Source: Bacteroidales bacterium (GTDB lineage: Bacteria; Bacteroidota; Bacteroidia; Bacteroidales; Muribaculaceae). From it: 64,000 bases of DNA. The notes beneath the pieces are model-generated. The model ran no database searches. It was not told where the DNA came from and was given only the letters and a program-made list of their open reading frames with translations. Every line of letters begins with the position of its first letter. The stretch's first letter is position 1. The position numbers and the translations under genes were made by a program. Shown here piece by piece: positions 22,623 through 31,376 of the stretch. The DNA lies in the NCBI GenBank assembly GCA_020860445.1, contig JAJBUH010000138.1, positions 9,840-73,839 of the forward strand. The letters run 5' to 3'.

Positions 22623-22995
22623 TGAATAATGAATAATGAAAAATGAAAAATGGGCTACGCGAGGGCGGGAGGCTGGGCTGTTGCAATGACGTAAAAAATT
22701 TTTGAAAAAATTTATAAATTTTCCATAACTGGCTAAATGCCACAATGTTTTGAAAATGTTACGCATTTTCGGTAAAATTGTGGAACTTTTTTCTCGCTTT
22801 TGTAAACACCTAATCTACTGACTGTTATCGATAAAAATTCTACAAAAACTATAACTCTCCTTAAAAACTGGGCTTAACCCATTGAAATGCAATGACATTG
22901 ACAATTTTTCAGATTTCCAAATTTTTGGGGGTATGTTTTTTTGGAAAAATTCTTTTTAATTTTGCAATGACAAATAGAGCATTTCTCTTCTGACC

Positions 22996-24390
22996 ATGAT
23001 AGATAATTCCCACATAGAACTCTGGGACAAGTGTCGTCAGATAATCCGCGACAATATCCCGGAAGAGCAATACAACGTCTGGTTCAAGGATGTCACGTCG
23101 TATCAGTTCGACAATGGCATCCTCACCCTGATTGTACCTTCTTCATTCTTCGTAGAGCAGCTCGAAGAGCGTTACCTAAAGATCCTCGAGCCGGCCATCC
23201 GCCGCGTATATGGCGACGGCGTCAAGCTCTACTACCGCTTCTTCCAGGCCAAGGGGCAGCCCGACACCGCTGTCAAGGTGCTGAGCACTAATCCCAGCAG
23301 CACCATCCTCGACCAAGCCAAGGCCCAGCCCGCCAACCCATTCAAGGCTGTGGCCGAGTGCGACATAGACCCCCAGCTCAACCCGCGCTATACATTTGAC
23401 AACTATTGCGAGGGTGAGAGCAACAAGATAGCCGTGGCTATCGGCAAGTCAATCGTGGCAAATCCCAAGAATGTCACTTTCAATCCTCTCTTCTTGTTTG
23501 GCAACACCGGAGTGGGGAAGACTCACTTGATCCAAGCCATTGGCATCGGCATCAAGGAGCGTTCGCCTATGGCCAGGGTGCTTTACGTCACTGCCCGACT
23601 GTTTGAGAGCCAATACACCGCCGCTGTGGCCAACAAGAACACCAACAGCTTCTTCCACTTCTACCAGAGCATCGACACCCTGATCATTGATGATATCCAG
23701 GACCTGCACGGCAAACCCGGTACGCAGAACACATTCTTCTACATCTTCAACCATCTGCACCAAAACAACAAGCAGATAATCATGTCGAGCGACTGCGCTC
23801 CGGCCGAGATGGACGGGTTTGAGGCTCGCTTGCTGTCGCGCTTCAAGTGGGGCATGGCAGCCCAGCTCGAGACTCCCGATTTGGAGTTGCGCCGCAAGGT
23901 GCTCGTGCGCAAGGCTGAGCAGAACGGCTTGGAGCTCCCCGAGGATGTGATCGAGTACGTGGCAACGCATGTCACCGATAGCATACGCGACCTGGAGGGC
24001 ATCGTGGTGTCGATGGTGGCCCACGCCACGGTGATGGGATGCGACATCACCATCGACCTGGCACGTCAGGTGATCGAGAGGGCGGTGAAGGTGAGCAAGC
24101 GCCCCATCAACTTTGAGGTCATCGCCGACGAGGTGTGCACATTCTACAAGATCGACCCCGACATGCTATTTACCAAGACGCGCAAGCGCGAGGTGTCGGA
24201 TGCGCGCCAGGTTGTGATGTATCTGGCCAAGAAGATGGCCAAGATGACCATCGTGGGCATCGGCCACAAGCTCGACCGCACCCATGCCACCGTCAATTAC
24301 GCCTGCAAGCAGATCGAGGACCGGCTGCCCATCGACAAGCAGCTGCAGCAAGAAATCACCACCATCCAGCAAGCCATCATCAACGGCTGA
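22996..24390 (+). CDS. dnaA: Chromosomal replication initiator DnaA
   Basis: GNTGVGKTHL Walker A, LIIDDIQ Walker B, and a C-terminal DNA-binding domain ...DRTHATVNYACKQIE. Confidence 0.97.
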   Translation: MIDNSHIELWDKCRQIIRDNIPEEQYNVWFKDVTSYQFDNGILTLIVPSSFFVEQLEERYLKILEPAIRRVYGDGVKLYYRFFQAKGQPDTAVKVLSTNPSSTILDQAKAQPANPFKAVAECDIDPQLNPRYTFDNYCEGESNKIAVAIGKSIVANPKNVTFNPLFLFGNTGVGKTHLIQAIGIGIKERSPMARVLYVTARLFESQYTAAVANKNTNSFFHFYQSIDTLIIDDIQDLHGKPGTQNTFFYIFNHLHQNNKQIIMSSDCAPAEMDGFEARLLSRFKWGMAAQLETPDLELRRKVLVRKAEQNGLELPEDVIEYVATHVTDSIRDLEGIVVSMVAHATVMGCDITIDLARQVIERAVKVSKRPINFEVIADEVCTFYKIDPDMLFTKTRKREVSDARQVVMYLAKKMAKMTIVGIGHKLDRTHATVNYACKQIEDRLPIDKQLQQEITTIQQAIING

Positions 24391-24441
24391 AACGTAAGCA
24401 CGAGAACGTAAGCACATAACCTAAACGTAAGCACGTAACCT

Positions 24442-24487
24442 AAACGTAAGCACGCAACCTCGTTTCCGTGCTTACGTTTATTTTTGC
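24442..24487 (+). terminator. Intrinsic terminator of dnaA built from ACGTAAGCAC words
   Basis: AAACGTAAGCAC ... GTGCTTACGTTT hairpin followed by ATTTTTG. It is preceded by three more direct ACGTAAGCAC copies (24392, 24406, 24425). Confidence 0.75.
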
Positions 24488-24524
24488 ATCATGTTGGCTA
24501 AAAATCAGTCATTTTTTACAAAAA

Positions 24525-24556
24525 TTTGGTAAATTGATTTAAATACCTTAACTTTG
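24525..24556 (+). promoter_or_regulatory. Bacteroidetes-type promoter of the PUL
   Basis: TTTG (24525-24528), a 20-nt spacer, then TAACTTTG (24549-24556). Confidence 0.55.
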
Positions 24557-24723
24557 CTGTGTGAAAAAAATGTAGCCACGTCTGTGGCCTCATTTTCCGG
24601 CCATAGAGATGGCTGCTTATTTTTGAGAATAATCAGGATAGACAAATCAGAATTGGAGACACAGGATTAGATCAGAACAACTACTATTTTTACCTTAATA
24701 TACCAACTACTAACACCTGAAGA

Positions 24724-27700
24724 ATGAAACATTTCGCAATGGGTAACATCATCAATGATGGCCGCCGGTTCAGCCTAATGCTCGCATACGCTCTGTGCGC
24801 GGCCTTCACCTACGCTCAATCGAGAATCAGCGGTACGGTCACCGACGAGGCGGGCGAACCTATGATTGGAGTATCAATCATAGAGAAGGGCCAGCAGCGC
24901 GGTGTCAACACCGATATCGATGGCAATTACACAATCCAAGCCTCGCCACAGGGGGAGCTTACGTTTTCATTTGTCGGCTATGTGAGCCAGACGGTCGCTA
25001 TCAATGGCCGTAATCGCATCGACATCGTCCTTAAGGAGGACAACAAGGTGCTCGACGAGGTCGTTGTCGTGGGCTACGGCACCATGAAGCGCAAGGACGT
25101 CACCGGCTCAATCACCACAGTCAATGCCCAAGACCTGAATGTCGGCGCTTACACCGACCCCGGCCAGCTGCTGCAAGGCAAGGTGCCCGGCCTGGTGGTG
25201 GTGCAAAACTCAGACCCCAACGGCGGTGTCAACTCAATGACGCTGCGCGGCGCCTCGACCCTTAACGGTTCTACCGCTCCGCTGTATGTGGTCGACGGTA
25301 TTCCAGGCGTCGAGCTTAACCTCGTCAACCCGGCCGACATCGAGAGCATCGACGTGCTGCGCGACGCATCAGCCACCGCAATCTACGGCTCTAAGGCTGC
25401 CAACGGCGTAATCATCATCACCACCAAGCGCGGCCAAGAGGGCGCTACCAACGTCAGCTACAGCGGATACGCATCATGGGACCGCATCGCCAACGACCAT
25501 GAGATGCTCAGCGCATCAGAGCTGCGCGCCTTCGCCCAGGAGGCAGGCATCAACCTGATTAACGACTATGGCGCCGACACCAACTGGCAAGACGGAGGTG
25601 CAGCGCACCGGCTTCGCTCAGAACCACAACCTCTCGCTCAGCGGCGGCAACTCTAAGACTACCTATAACGCATCAGTCAGCTACACCACCCGCGATGGCG
25701 TGATCAAGCATGTAGGCAACAACCTATTCACTGCCCGCACTTATGTTGAGAGCAAGGTGCTCAAGGATCGCCTGACCTTTGGCCTCGGCGTCAATGGCAA
25801 CGTAAGAAACGAATGGGGCGTATCCCGCGGCACCAACGGCCAGTCGGTCTATGATGCCATGTACTACTATTCGCCCCTGGTGCCAGTATATAATGAGGAT
25901 GGCAGCTACTATACCGATAGCTCTATCTCGCGCAACTACAACCCAATACTGATGATCAACGAAGACCAGAGCAAGAGCGCAATGAAGCGCTTGCAGGTCA
26001 CCGGCAAATTCTCACTCAAGATTATCGAGGGACTGCTCTTCAACGGCAATTTCTCATATCAAACAAATACCACTGAGTATAAGGCTTATGACACCTCGCT
26101 ATCAGAAATCCTGACTGGCAGGAATGGCCAGGTTGAGCGCAAAGAGTGGAGCGATTACACCAAGCTGATGGAGCTCTACGGCAACTACGATAAGGAGTTT
26201 GGCGAGAATCGCATCTCTCTTATGGCTGGTTACAGCTGGGAGCAGAGAGACAATGGCGAAGGCTTTGGAGCTAAGGGTTACAATTTCTACGATGACACTC
26301 TCAAGTGGTACAATATAGGCATGTCCAATAGCTGGGATGCTGACCCGGTGTATTCATGCAATCTCTCGACTGTGCGCATGATTTCATTCTACGGCCGCGC
26401 CAACTACAGCTTCGCTTCGCGCTATATGTTGACAGCTACAGTGCGCCGCGACGGTGCTTCGACATTCGGCAGCAACAACAAGTGGGCTACCTTCCCCTCG
26501 GGTTCTGTCGCATGGCGCCTCAGCGAGGAGGGCTTTATGAAAGGTACTCGCGGCTGGCTCAACGACCTCAAGCTGCGCGTGGGTTGGGGCCAGAGCGGTA
26601 ACTCTGAGGGCTTTGACATCTACACCGCTCGCTTCTACTATCAAGCAGGCACACGCTTTGACTACACCGACCCTGAGACTGGCGTGACTACCAGCTACAA
26701 GTCGCTCAATGCTGCCCGCAACGTCAACGACGACCTGAAGTGGGAGACCACCACTATGCTCAACGTCGGCCTTGACTTCGCCTTCTTCAACAGTCGCCTC
26801 AACGGTACCATCGAATACTACGACAAGGACACCAAGGACATGATTTGGACCTACAGCGTATCATCAGCTCGTTATCCCGTGGGCTCGATGGTAGCCAACG
26901 TGGGACGCATGAGCAACCGAGGCATCGAGCTTTCGCTCAACGCCGCCATCGTGCAGAGCCGCGACTTCAACTACAATGTGTCGCTCAACTTCTCGCACAA
27001 CAAGAATAAGATCAAGAGCATCTCTGACCCCTCGGCCGGATACAACGCTGGCATCATCGAGGAGTATCAACCCAACCTCAAGGGCGACAGCCAAGGTTAC
27101 ACCCAGCGCATCATCGAGGGTCAGCCTATCGGCACATTCTATATGTACGAGTGGGCAGGATATGATGAGAATGGTCAGTCGATCTATTACACTTATGACA
27201 AGGCCAACGAGGATACCTACGGCGAGCGCATCGTTGACGAAAACGGCAACTATGTCACCACCACTACCCCGGAGAAGAAAGACCGCGTGATCGTAGGCAA
27301 TGCTCAGCCTTGGCTGACCATGGGCTGGAACAACACATTCACCTGGAAGAATTTCGACCTCAACCTCTTCTTCACCGGCGTGTTTGGCCAGAAGATTTTC
27401 AACGAGCCTAAGGCTTACTACAGCTACGGCACATTCCTTACCCTGGGCCAGAACATCCTCAAGGAGGCTGCTACCTTGCAAAACTACAACGACCTCACCA
27501 GCTCGCTGCCATCTGACCGCTGGCTCGAAGACGGCTCGTACTTCAAGCTCAACACCATCACCCTCGGCTACACTTTCCGCAACTGCTTCAACGGCTGGCT
27601 CAAGGATCTGCGCCTCTATGTGTCGGGCAACAATGTGTTCTGCATTACCGGTTACACCGGCCGCGACCCGGAAATCTGCCTCGACGGCCTGATGCCCGGA

Positions 27701-27769
27701 CATGACTCGCGCCACGACCACTTCCCGCGCACCCGCACCTGGCTGGTAGGAGCCCAGATTAACTTCTAA
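24724..27769 (+). pseudogene. susC: SusC/RagA-family TonB-dependent transporter, interrupted by a +1 frameshift near 25594
   Basis: Two overlapping ORFs (24724-25656 and 25568-27769). Carboxypeptidase-regulatory-like N-terminus and plug are in the first. The second starts within ...EVQRTGFAQNHNLSLSGG, and deleting one G in GACGGAGG restores NWQDEVQRTGF. Confidence 0.85.
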
Positions 27770-27856
27770 AGCCTCATTTGATACCGTAGGACTCCTAAGA
27801 TTCCTAGGATTCCTACCCCACTAAAAGCCAAAGACTAAAAACCAAAGACCACTAAG

Positions 27857-29515
27857 ATGAAGAAATATATACTGATGGCGGGGATGGCCGCAGCGCTGGG
27901 CGCTTGTACCGACCTCGATACCGACATCAAAACATTCTACACCGAATTTCCCGACAACGAGATTGCGGTGAGCAGCGAATTTGAGGGCTGCTACTACTAC
28001 CACAGAAATGAGGCCTGGTTCGGCCGCAACTTCTGGGAGGGCATGTTCCTCTGCACCGACGAGGCTGCCGGCATCTGTCTCAACGCCGACTGGTACGACA
28101 ATGGCCGTATCTATTTCCCGACTGTGCACGACTTCCGCACCGAGAATCCCGGCGTAGGCCTGATGGGCGACATGATGAACGGTTGCAACTACACCAACCA
28201 GCGCATCCTGCTCTACGGCGGCGCTGAAGGCACCGACCCAATCGTGGCTCCGCTGCGCGCTATCCGCGCTTATTATCATTTCTGGATGATGGATATCTAT
28301 GGCGATGTGCCTCTGCTCGACCATGTGTATGAGGATGGCGAAGAAATCACTCGTCAGCCTCGCGCCGACATCGCCAAGTTTATCGAGAGCGAATTGCTCG
28401 CTGTAATCCCCGACCTGTCGGAGGAGAACAATGACAACACCTACGGTCGCCCCAACAAGTGGATGGCCGAGGCCTTGCTTGCCAAGCTGTACCTCAACTG
28501 GGGCGTGTACACCAACGACATCACTACCGTCACCGGCTCTACTCCCAACGAGAAGCTCAACGACTGCGTGGCTTGGTGCGACGAGTTGATCAACTGCGGC
28601 GTGTTTGAGATTGGCAAGGGCTATCGCAAGAAATTCTTCCCCGACAATGGCGTGCAGATCAAGGACTTTATCTATGCTGTGCCTTTTGATGCCACTGTGC
28701 TCGACTTCGCTGCCAACAAATATGCGGCCGCACACTCGATGATGCGCTTCTGCGACTATCGCAAAGGCACATACTGCAAGCCAGTGCAATGGGGCTGGTA
28801 TCCCAACACCACCAGGGCGGGGACATACCTGATTACTCCTGAGGCTGTCGACCGCTTCTGCCTCGAGGGCGACGAGCGCAACGAGATTATCGCCGTGGGC
28901 GAGCAGACGGTATGGGACTCTAACTTCAACATCACCGACGAGCCGGTAATCGTGTACAACGATACCCGTTTCCGCCGCGAGCTTGGTCCGCTTGATTTCA
29001 AGAAGGATTTTGAATGGGAAGACATCTCGATGCTCAACGTAGGCGCTGGCGACGACCTGGAGGTTTGTATGAAGGGCGCACGCTGCTTCAAATATCCCGC
29101 CAACCCCATCGACGACACTATTGCCCCGGGCAACTATATTGGCCAAAGCAACGATATTCCAATCTTCCGTCTTGCCGACATCTATCTGATGAAGGCTGAG
29201 TGCATCCTGCGTGGTGCTACCGCCACCAACGGCGACACCCCGGCCAGCCTTGTCAACGCTGTGCGCGACTGCGCTTCCGCTCCCCACTGCACCTCGATCA
29301 CCCTCGACGAACTGCTTGACGAGCGCACCCGCGAGTTGATCATGGAGCCTTGGCGCCGCAACGACCTGATCCGCTATGGCAAGTTTGAGAACTGCTGCGC
29401 CTGGAAGGTTGCTTCGAGCCCCGCCTCGATGGCCGATGTCAACAAGCGCCTCTTCCCAATCCCCTCGGGCGAAATGAGCACCAACACCAACTGGACCCAA
29501 AACCCCTCGTATTAA
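27857..29515 (+). CDS. susD: SusD/RagB-family lipoprotein
   Basis: Lipobox MAAALGAC, 552 aa, directly downstream of SusC. C-terminal ...RELIMEPWRRNDLIRYG pattern. Confidence 0.9.
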   Translation: MKKYILMAGMAAALGACTDLDTDIKTFYTEFPDNEIAVSSEFEGCYYYHRNEAWFGRNFWEGMFLCTDEAAGICLNADWYDNGRIYFPTVHDFRTENPGVGLMGDMMNGCNYTNQRILLYGGAEGTDPIVAPLRAIRAYYHFWMMDIYGDVPLLDHVYEDGEEITRQPRADIAKFIESELLAVIPDLSEENNDNTYGRPNKWMAEALLAKLYLNWGVYTNDITTVTGSTPNEKLNDCVAWCDELINCGVFEIGKGYRKKFFPDNGVQIKDFIYAVPFDATVLDFAANKYAAAHSMMRFCDYRKGTYCKPVQWGWYPNTTRAGTYLITPEAVDRFCLEGDERNEIIAVGEQTVWDSNFNITDEPVIVYNDTRFRRELGPLDFKKDFEWEDISMLNVGAGDDLEVCMKGARCFKYPANPIDDTIAPGNYIGQSNDIPIFRLADIYLMKAECILRGATATNGDTPASLVNAVRDCASAPHCTSITLDELLDERTRELIMEPWRRNDLIRYGKFENCCAWKVASSPASMADVNKRLFPIPSGEMSTNTNWTQNPSY

Positions 29516-29629
29516 GTAATGAGTAATAAGTAATGAGTAATAGGGCAGTCGAGTGCCCCGAGGTTCCACCTCGGGGTCCCCGCTCCCCCTAAGATATAAC
29601 CCTAATATAAACCAATTACTAACCATTTT

Positions 29630-31150
29630 ATGATGAACAACTACATTAAGGGCGCCCTCATGCTGGGCGTGGCCGCTCTCTGCGGCAGTAGCGCAATGGC
29701 CGATGGCTATTGGCGCAACCTCAACAACGAGGTTCTCGAATACCCCGCATTCATCAAAGGCTGGTCAGGCGCCATCTCGGCCAGTGACAACAATGTGGCT
29801 GAAAGTTGGAACGGCGGTTTCGACCTATATCAGGTGCTCAACGACATGCCTGCTGGCGACTACACCCTCTCGATTAGCGCATTCTATCGCAACTGGAATG
29901 ATCCTGACTTCGCCAACAACGCATGGATCTACATCAACGATGTGAAAGCTCAAGTGGCTGACATCTCTGATGGCAATGACGTTCCTTGGAACCGTTACGA
30001 TGCCAACCAGGCCTTCCAGGCTGGCCGCTACGTCAACACAGTAAGCTGCACTCTCGCTGAGGAAGGTCCTCTCACCATCGGTATCCAGAGCACTGGCGGC
30101 TTTGTTGACGAGTGGACATGCTTTGGCAATGTCAAGCTAACTGGTCCCGACGGTGACATGACCGATCGCATTGTCAACGCTGACTTCTCATCTGACTTCA
30201 ACCCCGAAAGCAACGATGCAGTCGATGTATGGTGGGACCAAGTGTTTACCCCCACTCGCTGGAATCCAGTCAACTATGACCTAGCTATCAAGATGCCACA
30301 AATCAATCTCCATGGTGCAATTTATTCAAAGTGCAACTGCGCTGGTTGGAACTATGGCCAGTATGTGGACCTTGTGCCTGGCAAATATCGCTTGAGCATT
30401 CAGGGCCTCTATTGCCCTGGTGTTGAAACCAACCTTGAGGGCTGGGGTGCTGACTACAAATCTGAGTTTGCTGATCCTGTTGAAAAGGAAACTGCTCTTG
30501 ATCGTCACAACAATGACATGCACGGCTTGTTCCCAGTGATTTACTTCACCAACGGTGGTACTTTCGAAGGTGAGGACCAATTAGACGGAGATGGTTTCGG
30601 CCAATACAAGCCTATGGATTTGGAAGATGCTCAATATGACGTGCCCGATGCATTCTACTATGAGGTTAATCTTCCTTGCCTCTTCGACGAAGAGATGGAT
30701 AATTATATCGACATCGTTAACAACTATCCTTTTGATGTGAAGAGCCAAATGCCCGATGCTACTCCCGACGAGCGCATGGCCGCTTATCCAAATGCAACAG
30801 GTCACATTGACCGTGACAATGGTCACTTTGATGAGGTAATCGCTTACATGGTGCAGAATCCTGACAGCTATCGCGTATACCTCGAAGTTGAGGTTACTGA
30901 GGCTACCAAGGCATGGGTAGGCGTAAAGCGTGACATCGGCAACGATCCCAGCCGTCAGTGGACCGCATTCCGCGACTTCAAGCTGGAGCGTTGGACAGAG
31001 ACCAACACCCAAGGCATCAGCAGCGTGGCTAACGACGCAGAGGCTACTCCCGAATACTACACCATCCAGGGTATCCGCGTAGCTCAACCCACCCAGGGTG
31101 TCTACATCGTGAAGCAAGGCTCAAAGGTCACCAAGCAAGTCATCCGCTAA
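29630..31150 (+). CDS. PUL-encoded secreted protein of unknown function with T9SS C-terminal sorting domain
   Basis: Signal peptide and C-terminus EYYTIQGIRVAQPTQGVYIVKQGSKVTKQVIR. Confidence 0.7.
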   Translation: MMNNYIKGALMLGVAALCGSSAMADGYWRNLNNEVLEYPAFIKGWSGAISASDNNVAESWNGGFDLYQVLNDMPAGDYTLSISAFYRNWNDPDFANNAWIYINDVKAQVADISDGNDVPWNRYDANQAFQAGRYVNTVSCTLAEEGPLTIGIQSTGGFVDEWTCFGNVKLTGPDGDMTDRIVNADFSSDFNPESNDAVDVWWDQVFTPTRWNPVNYDLAIKMPQINLHGAIYSKCNCAGWNYGQYVDLVPGKYRLSIQGLYCPGVETNLEGWGADYKSEFADPVEKETALDRHNNDMHGLFPVIYFTNGGTFEGEDQLDGDGFGQYKPMDLEDAQYDVPDAFYYEVNLPCLFDEEMDNYIDIVNNYPFDVKSQMPDATPDERMAAYPNATGHIDRDNGHFDEVIAYMVQNPDSYRVYLEVEVTEATKAWVGVKRDIGNDPSRQWTAFRDFKLERWTETNTQGISSVANDAEATPEYYTIQGIRVAQPTQGVYIVKQGSKVTKQVIR

Positions 31151-31156
31151 ATTCAT

Positions 31157-31265
31157 AGCCTCGGAGAGGCTTAACCATGTTATCCCCAGGCTGTCGAGAC
31201 GCATAGCGTCGAGACTGCCTGGGGTTTTCACATCCCACCGCCAGCGAGCCTCGGAGAGGCTCAAC
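31157..31265 (+). repeat. Triple-hairpin intergenic element (E family), copy 2
   Basis: AGCCTCGGAGAGGCT, then CCCCAGG...CCTGGGG central hairpin, then CAGCGAGCCTCGGAGAGGCTCAAC. Confidence 0.75.
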
Positions 31266-31376
31266 TATGATTTTAATAAATTTTCTCGATTATTTCACAC
31301 ATTATTTACGGATTTTTCGTATTTTTGCCACACATTATCACTTGTGACAATTTATTACCTTAACAGATACCTGATT

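Noticed and set aside
22623-22995. Calling this spacer oriC
   Set aside because: Only 2-mismatch DnaA-box candidates are present, and no strand-bias switch is visible within the window. It is kept as a low-interest finding rather than a feature.
24390-24480. CRISPR-like look of the regularly spaced ACGTAAGCAC copies (also 34060-34108, 38163-38264 and the 58-bp tandem at 21277)
   Set aside because: The repeats are only 10-12 nt with 4-9 nt between them, or are contiguous tandem units with no unique spacers. No cas genes are in the window.
27821-29626. 601-aa minus-strand ORF antisense to susD, plus similar long antisense ORFs in ppdK (5216-6202, 6680-7285), proS (9226-10374), batA (15298-16242), usp (21915-22574) and the GH gene (32109-33134)
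   Set aside because: They fully overlap strongly supported genes. Their Ala/Gly/Val/His-rich composition is typical of antisense frames in GC-rich coding DNA, and they show no motifs.
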